Of a stretch of 64,000 nucleotides of DNA, positions 38,579 to 51,610 are shown piece by piece. The stretch lies in assembly GCA_028534125.1 (NCBI GenBank), contig CM052816.1, positions 84,508,001-84,572,000 of the forward strand, in the 5' to 3' direction. Made by a program: the position numbers and the translations under genes. The DNA is from Lama glama (taxonomy: Eukaryota). The notes under the pieces were generated by a model. That model was not told the DNA's origin, made no database searches, and was given only the letters and a program-made list of their open reading frames with translations. Position 1 is the first letter of the stretch, and every line of letters begins with the position of its first letter.

Positions 38579-40129
38579 GTTGATAAAAAATCTTACTATC
38601 CTAAGGAGCTTTTAAAAACCAAAGAATTATAAAAAAAATTATGTACTACTTAATGTCAATAAATCTTAAAATCTCATTATTTTCTTATACTAGAAATTAC
38701 AAAAATTAACTTAGCAAAAATTATTATATAAAGTAAATAATAAACAAGCAATATAATCACACAAAGTATTAAAATTTCTAAAACTAAAGTTAAACAATGA
38801 ACTTATCTCAAACTTCCGATAAATAGAAGTTACATAGGAATATGTTTTAAAAAAAAGAGTAGTGTCAAAATATCGAGGTTAGTATATACACAAAAAGGTG
38901 AAAACTACAGACTGATCTCCTAGGCAACATTTAGATAATTACCAGGAAAATAATTCATTAACATGTTAGTTAAATTATGTATTTTTAACAGAGTTTATTC
39001 CTGGAATAAAACAATAAAACTTCACTTGATATAATGGACTGAACTATAAATTACTAATAAATATAGACCAAAAGAAACACATTCAGTATTATTTTAAAGT
39101 GTTACTGTTTTCTTAAATCATGAAAAAAATCAACTCAATATTAAATTTAATTAGAAATTTTCATACCTTTCTATTCACCAATTGGTTATCTATCTATTCA
39201 CCAATTGATCTATCAACCTATCTAAACATCTACTAGTTTTATATAAAAAATAACTAAAAAATATCTTCTTTCCAAATTATAATTATACTTTTATCATGAT
39301 CAATATCAGAACATGATATTTTTTGTCTGCAAAAAGTCATTTGAGAATTCAGAAAGGAAAAGCAAAGGCATTTAAGTGAAAAAGAATGGGAAAGTAGAAC
39401 ACAAAAATAGTAGTAACAATTAAGATACACACACATATGCAAACAGATTATCAGCCATAACTGGATCTCCAAATAAATAGATTAATAGTATTTTCTAGGA
39501 GGAAGGAAGCTCATTTATTGAATGACCTTAGGAGAATATTAAGGATAAATAATGACATATAGATCCAGAACCTATGAGGTTGAGTTCCTGGAAAATGATG
39601 CATAAGCTATTAAAAACAAAACAAAACAAAACCTTCTGGAATTTAAAATAGAGATGTTCTATGACATAAACACTCCCCCCACTGGGAGAGGTGATCACGT
39701 GAACTGCACTTACAGACATCATGTATGACTCTGGGCAGGGGGTACACGTCTAACGTGAGAATGAAGGAGCTGAGCAACAGCTCTCAATGATGTGTAAAAT
39801 CTCCAATTCATGTGTGTATGATTTCACAATCTGATCTTGAGTGACAGCTTGTGTAAAAAGCCGCGTCATTATTTGTGTTTGTCCTGCTTGAGTTTTGTAT
39901 TATTTTTTTCACTCAGTTCAAATATTGTTTCATCCTTATCATTTCCCTGCTTCCTTTCTATTACTCCAGTTGTACATATGAGGATGTTAGGTCACATTCC
40001 ACATTTCTTATGTAGTTCACATGTGTTTAATGAGTAGTTCATACATAGTTCACTTGTAGTTCCCATGCAGTTCACTTTAAAGTTCACCCATCTTTTCTTT
40101 CTAGGCTTTAATTTGACCAATATCCATTG

Positions 40130-40950
40130 ACAGCTATTTTCCAGGTTACCAACCCAATTTGTGAACTGTTTAGCTCTGATGTCCATTTTAATGTTGTTAG
40201 ATTTAATATTCTAGATAGTCAGTATTTAATATTCTGCATTCTAACATTTTAGTTTGATACCTATTTATATATTCCATTTTTATGGTGAAATCCTCCATTT
40301 GACTTCTATTTCTTTTTACATAGTAATCAACTCTTTCAGATATGTGCTTTTAACTCCAAAATAGGGACTATTTTTAAATCTGTTTCTATTATGAATTAAT
40401 TTTGGAGGAAGTTTTTTTGGTCATTTTGCCCTGTCTCTTTGAGTTTTTATTTTGTTTTAACTGAACTTCATGCTAAGTATGAAAAATTATAGAGAAGAGA
40501 TGGTTAAGTAGATGCAAGTAATCTTGATCCAGTCAGAGCCTGAGACGATTTGAGTCTGGGTTTCGGTTTATAAGGGCTGCTCTATTCCCTGTTTGCCTCA
40601 CTGTCAGCATAGAGCACCTCAGAAAGGCTCACCAGAAGCCCCAGGCTGTGTAATATCGCCTCTTCTCTTTGTCTGTCCCACCTTTGTCACCAGCACAGTA
40701 AGACTTCCAATATTTCTGCAAAAATTTTTAGTGTCTCAGCAGCTGTTTGACTTCTGGTCCTCTCATTCCCCAAATTATACTACAGTTTGGGTTCGTGGTT
40801 TCTGAGGTTTTAGCTGCCTTGGTTGCTCTTCAGTGCCTTCAAATTTCTTTATTTTTATTGCAATTTTTAAAATGTATTACCCAGCTTTTGTGACTGTCCT
40901 CAGTGGAAATGTTGGCTCTGACAAATCTAATTCATAATAGCCAGAGTGAA
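40130..40950 (-). mobile_element. Ancient L1/HAL1-type 5' region remnant
   Basis: ttttagtttgatacctatttatatattccattttt...tgtttctatt...tgccttcaaatttc...ccagcttttgtgactgtcctcagtggaaatgttgg. Confidence 0.55.
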
Positions 40951-41179
40951 AGTGTGTTGTTTTCAAACAATCGTTTAATTTCTTTCTTATATAATTAAGG
41001 GGATTATTTTTGTATTTCCTTAAAAATAAAGAAATACAATTGCATTCTTTATGCTTTACGTATGTGCCTATTATATTTTTTCTGTTAAAATAAAGATTTT
41101 TGTAAAGTAAAACAAATGAAACAAAATTAAAATGTAACTAAGTATAAACTTCCAGACTAGTGTTTGATTTTCCTAGAAT

Positions 41180-41505
41180 TAAGCTAGAATTGACTTCCCA
41201 TCCCTTTTGCTGGCAGATAAAAAAGTGTCAATGAATTTTTAGCCAAAGGAAAGTGAGCAGAATGGATATACGATCACTAACATCACTCTCATACATCCTC
41301 CACTGCCATTCAGATAAGAAGCAACTTGGAGATACATGGTGATAATGGTGACAACACAATAAGGATCATGGACCCTTCTGTCCATGAGGAGCTACGTGAC
41401 CTACATCGGAATATAACATGAGCAAGAAATAAACTTGTATTGGGTTAAGACACTGAGATTTGAGAATGTATTGTTACACCACTTAGCACACTCCATTAAC
41501 CCACA
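41180..41505 (+). mobile_element. MaLR LTR, MLT1I/J-like
   Basis: tagccaaaggaaagtgagcagaa...acatgagcaagaaataaacttgtattgggttaagacactgagatttg...ttgttacaccac. Confidence 0.8.
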
Positions 41506-42674
41506 TGATAAATACTAAATATTTAAAATCAACTTACATAGATGTTGACATTACTCTGTAGTTACTCAGAATTGTTGGCGAGTCACAAAACATTAACACT
41601 GGGTTAATTATTCTAAGCAAAATAACAATCTGTCAAAATTTAAAGCTGAATTTATAAAAATATTAACATAGAAAATATTTATTAAATAGCTAATAAATAA
41701 TACATGCTACTCAAAATACTAGAGGTTTACAATGAAAAAATTAAAGAATTCTGCTACCCTGGAAACATACCAGTTGGGGAGATACTGTTTTACATGAAGA
41801 CATAGAACAACAAGAAATTTTGAGAATCATAAATATTAGGAAATATATTCTGACTTAGAAACAAATACAAATTCAACAAATAATCTGTTTAAATGAAGTA
41901 AATATTTTAAAAAATATTTCTAATTATCTATTTCCAGCTCCCTGTTTCAAAACAGATAAATAATATGAAAGAGAGAATTTTTTTTTAAGTTACTGGCAAG
42001 TTTCAACATTTTATTTGACAAAATATAAATGTTGTAAGTCTTCTTTTTTGGCTGTTTTCAGTATAAGAAGACATTAAAAATACTATGTGATTAAAAAAAA
42101 TACTATGTGATATCACTCACTTCTGAAACCAACACAATCAATGACTCAACTCAACTCAAACCTGTTTTCTGATTTGTTTTTTAAGAACACCACCAGCTGA
42201 ACTGAAAAAAAATTGGGGATCAGATTCTAATCAAAGCAGTGTAATAAAGATATGAATTATTTGCAATTTTAGAGCTGCATTCCCAACTCTGAATATCTAG
42301 AACTAGTGGGTTTTCTGATAGAGTGAGTTTTTCAAAATATTGTTCAGGTGAGTTTTTCCAAATATTTAGCTTCTATGCTCATGGGTTTCTCTAAATTATC
42401 TACACATTAAACATGTTTATTGCAAAGAAACAGAATAAGAGAATTATAACTTAATGATACATTATTCAGTTCAGTGTGCAATCTCTGTGAAGTAGTTTAG
42501 CTTTCTTTGTCCCTGGTGGTTTTCTCATTAGATGGTTAATCAGAGTAGGCTTGGCTTAAAAAGACAATGTTAACAGCAAGTCTCCTTTTTCCTTCCAGTG
42601 AAATCAAGTAAAAGTGAAACAGAGAAACAAGAAAGTGTAAGCAGGACTTAGAATTAGATATGAATGACCAAAAG

Positions 42675-42770
42675 GAAAAAAAAAAAAAGAAAAGAAAGGA
42701 AGGAAGGAAGGAAGGGAGAAAGGGAGGATGGAAGGAAGGAAGGAAGGAAGGAAGGAAGGAAGGAAGGAAA
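42675..42770. repeat. Poly(A) plus (GGAA)n microsatellite
   Basis: A run followed by an interrupted ggaa array. Confidence 0.95.
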
Positions 42771-43699
42771 ATAAAGTCCATAGACAGACAGAATCCCTTT
42801 CAAAAGATGCTTTCACTATATAAGCAGTTTGGCTGACTGGCATGTCTTCTTGGGACAGACCTTGGCCAGTGACTGAATAAAGCAGTAGTAATAAAAGCCT
42901 TGCCTTTCTTGAGTGGCCTCCAGATAATGACTGTACAAGTCCAATGTTCTAACTATTCCACCCAAGGCAAAACTTGGCTCCTTGGTGCTGGCAGAGACTG
43001 CCAAGTTGCTTTGTGGCCTGGGGGCTTCCCCACACATTCCTGTGTCTCGCCTGTTCCTAGTGTTGCTCTCCCGTATACTTTTTGTGCTCCTAACTCTCTC
43101 TCAGCAACTATTTTCCAGAAAAAAAATAAATAACAACTTGCAACAAATATCTTTTGAATTTAGCAGGAAAAGAAAAGACCATAAAAATAAAATTTATTTC
43201 ACATTTCATTTAAGAAATTAGAGTTTAAAAAGATTAAAGAATTTCTTATTATGTTCTCATATCAATGAGATGAGGTTCAAAGACTTGAGTCACATTCATG
43301 GCAGTTAAGTTTGTAGCAATTTCAATATTTCTAAATGGGTAAAAACAACACTTAAATTCCTAATGCCTGGCGAGTACTGTCCTAGCTTATCACTCATTGT
43401 GTTCTTTTATTTTTATATCCTTAGTTTGTAACATTATATATGAACTGACACTTTTAAACTATAATTTAAGTAAAACGGTATACAAAGGCACATTATTGCT
43501 ATAAATTTCCACTTGAGATAGACTGAGTGTTCAGAAAAAGAGAAAACATATGCCAAAGGAAGATTAGATAATTTCAATGGTATTTAAAATTAAATACATA
43601 GAGATAAAATAAGCAATTCACCCTCTGTAATTTCACAATTTTGGAAGAATCTGTCACATAAAGCAACTCATCACTTAATTTTGTCATAAGGCATAACTA

Positions 43700-45250
43700 A
43701 TATTTATTAACCAGTGTCTCTTTTTCAGAAGCACACACACAAAAAACCAAACTAATATATAACGAGCACCAGAGAAAATGAGTCTTAGAACGAGTTTTAA
43801 AACAGAGCATCCTAAGTTTCGCAGTGCAATGCCATAGTCAATGGCTTGATGCTTCTCCTGGCACTGACAGATTCCTATTGATAATATTAGAATAACATCA
43901 CACTTTGTCGAGCTAGTGGTTTGAAACACATTATCACATTAGATATTAATTGTGTAGAAACGCTGAGAGTATCAGAGAAGGACTTCAGTAGCTGCACTGG
44001 AAACAGCACTGTATTATATCACCCAGCACTACAAGCTCTTTCACTGTACTCCTGTAAAACTTCAATAGCAGAGAAATAGATTCAGGAACTAGTATTGATT
44101 CTCAGATACAAGCGTCTGTTGTTGTCATGACAATGAACCACAGCTACAATTGTATTCTCATTAAAAATGATACAGCAAAGCGCCTCACATCACATCACAG
44201 GCACACAGCAGCTTACTCTGCTTACATGCAAAGCCGCCAGAGAAGGATGCTGTCAATAAAAGCTTTATGTCTTGTCTGCATGCCAATTGCAAATTGGACA
44301 CAGACTAGAAAATTGGCCAAAGTGTTTGTGAGCCCAGACAACCTGTGCACAAGAAGTGTCAGATTGCTCCATTTACCCTGGGCCATCTGCATTGAATTTG
44401 TCCTGCTCTTTTTTTTTTTTTTCCCTATTACGGAAATCAAATGGATTATCCTAAGTGGTTGTCCGATGCCACGTGAGCTGATTTTGGTAAAACAATGAGA
44501 TTCTACTACAGGAATAACAATATAATGAATGCAGTAAGTTTCAGTGGTATAACTCACATTTCTCCCATTTGCACATGCAAGCAAATAAAATAACAACTGT
44601 TGTTGTGATTGCGAAGTTTTACAAACTGCCTTATACAAGTGTATCTAAGCCCTTCAATTATGTACAGGCTATTTGCAGATGCAAAATTATTATCTCAAAT
44701 GAACACAAATATTGTGTTTCTATGTTTTAATGAGATATACACTGTCTTTACTGGTAAAATCATAACCCAAGTCAGAGGGAGCTAATTTTTCAAAGTTAAT
44801 TATACTTTCAGAACCTGAAGTTAGACATTTACTTCTCTTTCTGATTACTACTGTTCTAAAAATTCCATCTCTGACCAGGAAAATATTTCAGAGGTTTCCC
44901 TTAATACAAGCTGATCTTGGGATGAAGTGAACATGATCGCATTTAAACTGTCAATAAAAGCAAATAAACTTTCTGGCAGAGAATAACTCTGTGCTGAAAA
45001 TTGTGAGTGGCAGTGCTGTTATTGAAAACAAAATCATGTGAAATCTGATTTCACTTGTGTGTCAGCTGTGTTTCTATATTTATATCACAATATATTCTTT
45101 CTAAGCCAATTTAAAACACTTTGGATTTCATTATATCACAACTTCCTTGTTTTTCACACTTCCAAAGAAACGAATAATTCAGTTGAAGGTTGGAGTATGC
45201 ATTTTAAGATGGTAGCTTGAAATGAAAAGTAGAATGTGTATTTCATTTGA
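43700..45250. promoter_or_regulatory. Candidate enhancer / conserved non-coding block
   Basis: No recognisable repeat; more retained CpGs than the flanks; ctgtcaataaaagc occurs twice (44250-44263, 44948-44961); CACGTG at 44470-44475; forkhead-like gcaaataaac at 44960-44969. Confidence 0.4.
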
Positions 45251-46289
45251 TTAATGGTTCGTGTCCAAATACCATGTTATTTGAATTATTGTATGATAAA
45301 ATTTTTTTTACATTATGTAGTGGAATTAAAGAGATATGTATTGAGATAATTTTTTTAAAAAATCCTTAGTTTTCTCACATTCTGTTACCTTCTTTTTAAC
45401 TACCTCTAATGGTAGATTAAGCACGAGTCATCTTTCATGCTTGTTTCATTTAGTTTACAGAGTGTTTCCATATCTTCCCCATTTTTTAATGTCTCATCAA
45501 AACAAAAAGTAATAATTACCTTATTATATATATTTAAAAGCTAATTATATATGTTGTATTTCTGAACACTTGAAATGACACAAAAATGGGATGTTTTTCT
45601 TTTTTTTAATAATTTCAAAATATTTTTCCAAAAGAGAAAGCAGGCAACCATGAAAGGAAAAGAAATCAAAACTAATGTAACTTTAAGTCTCCCATTGTAG
45701 CAAAGTCTTTTGATATGAATAAAGTATTTTGAATTTTACAAACAGGACTCAAAGAAGAACATTAAAATAAGATGAAAAATGGAAATGAATAGATTTACTA
45801 TAAGACATTTTATAACAAACGTTTTCCCTTTTGGGGGAAAAACAATTTCCTAAACATAATTTTTTTTCTAAATTATTTACCTGCCCAATTTATATGTTGA
45901 ATTATTTATTTCATAAGATGGGAAAGATCAATTATTTGATCATAACATATTTTGATGCCTCCACTAAAATAAGCTTAAAAATAATAATTTGTCTCTCTGA
46001 ACTCAAAAAGTGAATCCCTCTACAAACTAAGTCAATTCTTCCTAGCAGATTATTGCAAATTATGTCTAACTGTGCGTATCTTTTGAATCATGAGGCAATC
46101 ATTCAGGGAAGCTGATTGTATTAAAAAGTCTCACTATATATATTATAAATATTTTCAGAATTCATGGTTTGGCATAAAAATAAAATTTTACTGAAAATAC
46201 TACTTCTTCCTATCAGCCTTTTAATTATAAAATAATTCCAATGAGAAAAATAATTTTAACCCAACTTACTTATTACTCAGCACACACAC

Positions 46290-46540
46290 TTCCCCACAGC
46301 CCTGTCCCTCACTGAACTTACTTAAGTACCTTCAATATGGTGACTTTCTCCTATTTACTTGCTTTGTGTTGCCACCCCTAGGAGAATGTGAGCTGATGAA
46401 GGGTAGACAGAGGGTTTTTAATTCATTTTTTTTACTATTTTTTATTTTTATTACTATCACCTTCTAGGAGCCTAGAACACATGGACAATCAGTAATGTGT
46501 TATTATATTTTAAAAAGTGCATGAATGAATGAATGAGTAT
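46290..46540 (+). mobile_element. L2 3' end
   Basis: ccccctaggagaatgtgagctgatgaagggtagac...gagcctagaaca...atgaatgaatgaatga tail. Confidence 0.75.
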
Positions 46541-47454
46541 ATGAGACCAGCATTTGATAGTCCTTATGACTGGCTAAGAAATTGGACAAGACTGCTCAAA
46601 AACATGAAATAAAGCGCTGAGCAATGGAAATTTGGAGAAGAGGTTTATTTGGTGTTGTTATAAAGATATTATCCACAATTTAGTATTACCTAGAGATCTG
46701 TGCATGAGGAATGATGAGTTATCTTCTCAGCCCAATACAAAGCGTACTTTTTAATCCCATTTTTCCATTACTGTGATACTTGCTCCTTGTAAAAACCTGA
46801 TGGGCAAGAGGTCTAAGTGTTATTTACCTCAATACCTCCCTCTGCAATCCTCAACCTTCATCATGAACTCCAAGGATTTCAGATGGTGACAGAAGGAGTT
46901 TTCCTTAATAGGTTTTAAACATTGTATAATTTGTTCTGTCACTATGCATTATTTTAAACCTCAGGTCCTATTCTTGGGTAAAAAATGGGATTTTTTTTTT
47001 TCTCTCTGATTCTGAGACATAACCAATGCTGGAAGATTGCTTGGGGCAAAATGCCATTACCCCTGACAGGAAATGAAACAGTCTTTGGAAACGCTCCCTG
47101 ATGCAGAAAAGTCTCACTGCAGGTTTTATGTCCTCTCTCACAATCAATGTAAATCATTATCATTCTTTCTCTTAAAAGAATACAACTGGCTGATGGTAGT
47201 GAACCAGTGATGGATCAGGCCTTAAAATGTCATATGCAGAAAAACGGGCCTGAAGGTCCCTTACCAGAAAAATACCAAATCCCGAAGGTCTAATAATGTC
47301 AGGCAAAATTATAAGGTAAAAATAAAGTATTTACAATTTTCTCATGTGGAACAAACTAGAAGCCCATGTTAAATATATACAACAGACCCCATGCAAAACC
47401 TAAATGACCTTCATACACAAAGTAAAACAAAAATCTAACGGTAAAATGTTAGCC

Positions 47455-48230
47455 AGTCACTCATTTATTTGACTCACACATTTTATTGGATGCCTCTCAT
47501 GTACAAGGCACACTTTCCAGCACAGAGAAAGAATGTTGATCAAGAGATACACATTTTTACCTCTCTTCAAACTTAAAATCAAGCTGAGGAGATAGACAAT
47601 TCAAAGAGGGAAGACAAACAAGAACTTTTCATGCAGTCATTGGGGCTATGCTGAAATTAACGGCTACGGTAACTGCACTGTCAAAGAAGACTCCTCTTAC
47701 ATGGTGATATTTATCAGAGATGAACATAGTAAGAGTAACTTACGAAAACATGTCAAAGAAGAAAATTCCCAGATGAGGATATAGATGGTAGAAAGACCCT
47801 ACGGCAAGACTCTTTCTTTTCCTGGAAGAGAGAGGAGAGAGCACGCTGGATTCACTAGCAAGTGAGGAGAAGGGGAGTAGAAAGTCTAGAAAAACAGGGG
47901 GCAAGTGTCTCTCTGATGGCAGGAGCCCTTCTAATAAAGAAGTCAGTGAGTTTAGTAGCTCAATTCTGCCAAGAGTGAAAACTATTAAACTCTCTTCATC
48001 TCTCATTTCAAGAAAAGCAAGCCTTTCTGGGAGAATCTGGCTTGGCACGGGGCAACGGGTGGGGTACACAGTTCTAGCTTGAGAAGTGAGAGTAAGAAAA
48101 CGATTACAGCCAATTTTGCTTATTTATAGCATCTCTGAGGAAAGTGATTGGGGATCAAGCTGACAGTAAAATAGTCAGTTTGAGGTGGAACACCTGATGT
48201 ATCCCAAGGTTTTCTACATTGGAAGAATCA
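47455..48230 (-). mobile_element. L2 3' region
   Basis: cactcatttatttgactcacacattttattggatgcctctcatgtacaaggcac...aaacttaaaatcaagctgaggagatagaca. Confidence 0.7.
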
Positions 48231-48506
48231 CAAACTGACAGGAATTTTGACATCTTTAGGAAATATCTTATTCTATACTTTGAGGTAAAACTGGGCATAC
48301 TGGGACTTCATACTCTTATGTTTTGCTTGACCAATGAATGTAAAATTAAAAGCACATGTTTTAAGAGTCTCAGTGTCAGAACTCATCAGTTCTAACAGCC
48401 TACAAGATTGGATAAAATTCCCCTATGTTATTTAATTATGAAGGAAACTAGAATATGTCACCCCAAAACATACCTCTTTAACATAAAATTTATTTTTAGC
48501 TGAAGG

Positions 48507-48849
48507 AATACTGCATGGTATCACTTATATACGGAATGTAAAAAATAATACAAATGATGTATATTTAAAATAGAAACAGACTCACAGGCATAGAAAAGAA
48601 ACTTGAGGTTACCAAAGGGGAGAGGGAGGGAGAGAGGGACAAATTAGAGGTATGGTATTAAGAGATACAAACTACTATATATAAAATAGATAAGCAACAA
48701 GGATCTACTTACTGTACAGCACAGGGAATTATAACCATTATCTTGTAATAACCTATAATGGAGTATAATCTACAAAAATACTGAATCACTATACTATTCA
48801 CCTGAAACTAACACACTATTGTTAAGTCAAATTACTTCAATTAAAAAAG
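48507..48849 (+). mobile_element. Short 5'-truncated L1 (3' UTR only), Cetartiodactyla type
   Basis: atggtatcacttatatacggaat...gttaccaaaggggag...cagcacagggaattata...actgaatcactatac...tacttcaattaaaaaa. Confidence 0.9.
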
Positions 48850-50697
48850 AATAAAATACTTAGGAATAATCCTACTTAAGGAATCAAAACACCTCTACTC
48901 TGAAAACTATAAATGCCGATGAAAGAAATTAAAGACAACACAAACAGATGGAAAGATGTACCACGTTTTTGGATTGGAAGAATCAATGTTGTTAAAATGA
49001 CCATACCACCCAAAGTAATCTACAGATTCCATGCAATTCCTATCAAATTACCAATGATATTTTTCACAGAACTGGAACAAAAATTTTTTAAATGTGTATG
49101 GAATCACAAAAGACCCCAAACAGCCAGGACAATCTTGAGAAACAAGAACAGAGCTAGAGGAATCAGGCTCCTTGGCTTTAGATCATACAACAAAGCTACA
49201 GTAATCAAAACAGTATGACAGTGGCACGAAACACACAGATAAAGATCAATGGAGCAGGATCCATACACTTAAGGTCAATTAACCTATGACAAAGGAGGCA
49301 AAACTATATAGTGGAGAAAAGAAGTCTCTTCAATAAGTGATGCTGGGAAAACTATATAGCTACATACTAAAAAAATGAAATTAGAACACGCCTAACACTA
49401 TATACAAAAATAAACTCAAAATGGACTAAAGAACTAAATGTAAGACCAAATACTATAAAACTCCTAGAGGAAAACATAGGCTGAAGACTCTTTGACATAA
49501 ATCACAGCCATATTTTTTTGACTCCATCTCCTAGAGTAATGGAAACAAAAGCAATACAAACAAATAAGGTCTTATAAAACTTAAAAGCTTTTTCACAGCA
49601 AAGGAAACCATAAACAAACTGAAAAAACAACCTATAGAATGGGAGAAAATATTTGTAAATGATGTGACCAACAAGGAATTAATTTCCAAAATATACGATC
49701 AGCTTATACAGCTCAGTATCAAAAACAAAAACAAAAACAAAAAAACAATCCAAACAAAAAATGGGCAGAAGACCTAAATAGACATATCTCCAAAAAAGAC
49801 ATACAAATAGACAACAGGACATGAAAAGATGTTCAACATCACTAATTATTAGAGAAATGCAAATCAAAACTACAATGAGGTATCACCTCACACTGATCAG
49901 AATGGCCACCTTCAAAAAGTCTACAAATAATAAATGCTGGAGAGAGTGTGGAGAAAAGGGAACTCCCCCTATACTGTTGGTGGGAATACAAATTGGTTTA
50001 GTCACTATGGAGAACTGTATGGAGATTCCTTAAAAAACTAAAATTAGAGTTACTGTATTATCCAGCAATTCCACTCCTGGGCATATATTCAGAGAAAACT
50101 CTAATTCAAAAAGATACATGCACCTCAATGTTCACAGCAGCACTACTTACAATAGTCAGCACATGGAAGCAACCTAAATATCCACAGACAGATGAATGGA
50201 TAAAGAAGATGTGGTGTATGTATATAATGGAATATTACATCACCATAAAAAAGAATGAAATATTGTCATCTGCAGCAACATGGATGAACCCAGAGATCAT
50301 CATACTAAGTGAAGTAAGTCAGAGAGAGAAAGATAAGTATCATATGATATCACTTCTATGTGGTATCCAAAAAATGATACAATTGAAGTTATTTACAAAC
50401 CAGAAATAGACTCAAAGACATAGAAACAAATCTATAGTTACCAAAGGGGAAAGGGAGGGTTGAGGAATAAATTAGGAATTTGGGATTAACAGATACACAG
50501 TACTACATATAAAATAAACAGCAAGGACCTATTGTGTAGCACAGGGAACTATATTCAATATCTTGTAATAACCTATAATGGAAAAGAATATGAAAATGAA
50601 TATATATACATATGTATAACTGAATCACTTTGCTGTATACCTAAAACACTGTAAATTAACTGTACTTCAATAAAAAAATTTAAAATAATAATAAAAT
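48850..50697 (+). mobile_element. 5'-truncated L1 (~1.85 kb: ORF2 C-terminus and 3' UTR), Cetartiodactyla type
   Basis: Broken ORF2 frames: [79 protein letters not shown]; 3' UTR acagggaactatattcaatatcttgtaataacctataatggaaaagaat; A-rich tail. Confidence 0.97.
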
Positions 50698-51399
50698 GAC
50701 TTCACCCACACAATAAAAGGTTTTTAAAAAAGCAGTCAATGTAGAAAAAGTTTCCCCTTTTCTCCCTAAAGACAGGAAATAAATTTTCTTTTTACTGAAG
50801 ACAGATTCTTACCACCCAGAGACAGCACCAGAGGAAATGCCAAAAAAAATTTATTAAACTAACACTTGTCTTTCTAGTTACTTCTTCACTGCTTACTACC
50901 CCTCATCCAAAGTTCTTTGTCTTGTCAGTTCTACACAAATTTATTCTTTCTCTGTTTAAGAGGTATAAAGGCTTCCTCATCTGGTCACTTCTTCAAGTCT
51001 CCATCCTCTTGTGATATATATACATAAAAATTTAATAAAAATGTGTACACTCTTCTCTTGTTCATCTTTGTCAGATTATCATTCAGACCAAGCCAGGGAC
51101 TCTAAGAGGGCTGAGGAAAACTTTTCTCTCCCCTACTGTTACAAGGCCCTTATACTGAACTGAGTACAGAGCTTAATTGAGCCTTCTGCAATCTCATAAA
51201 AGAGCCAGTCCATGTAAACACCAAAGTCAAACTGAATGCCAGTGAGAGAGATACATTTCCCCATGGCTCTTATATTAGTTCCCAAATAATTTGAGACAAA
51301 AAGGAAAAACCTTAAAACCTTCTGTGATTTTTTTGTAGAGATCTAAATCAGAATTCAGTCAAATGTTCAATATTTCCCAATTCCTTACTGAAATTCATG

Positions 51400-51610
51400 G
51401 AAAAGAGTGTAGCAATGTGTGTTAAGATGTAGCCTGGAGTCAGACTGGCTGAGAAGCAAACAAGAATCACCATTTACTTTCAGCTTCCACTGGAACTTCA
51501 GCTTTCACCTTATATAGCAGGAACAGGGTGAATTAAATGAGTTGTTATTATATAAAATATTTGGGCCATTTTCTATTACATAAAAAAGATGCTAAAATAT
51601 TAGCTTTGAA
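51400..51610 (+). mobile_element. MIR SINE
   Basis: tgtagcaatgtgtgttaagatgtagcctggagtcagactggct...gtgaattaaatgag. Confidence 0.6.

Larger units (their letters stand above)
48439..51137 (+). mobile_element. ERV1 MER34-like solo LTR split by L1 insertions (LTR parts 48439-48506 and ~50717-51137)
   Basis: tgaaggaaactagaatatgtcaccccaaaacatacctcttt...agctgaagg start; gccagggactctaagagggctgaggaaaacttttctctcccctac end; flanks atta/gtta. Confidence 0.85.

Noticed and set aside
39171..39207. Direct repeat ctattcaccaattg x2 (similar small duplications near 42075 and 56970)
   Set aside because: Ordinary slippage duplications with two copies only; not CRISPR-like arrays.
39783..39842. C/D-box snoRNA-like pattern (atgatgt...ctga with ctcaa/ttgag ends)
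   Set aside because: The C box is imperfect, the C-D spacing is only ~50 nt, and the terminal stem is out of register.
42536..42843. ORFs with FLPS repeats
   Set aside because: Translation of the (GGAA)n microsatellite.
44127..44638. 123-aa (+) and 138-aa (-) ORFs as stand-alone genes
   Set aside because: They cross a poly(T/A) run and show no recognisable domain; only the splice-bounded sub-segments are kept as candidates.
48913..50409. ORF2-like ORFs as an active retrotransposon
   Set aside because: 5'-truncated, frameshifted, and lacking the endonuclease and most of the RT domain.
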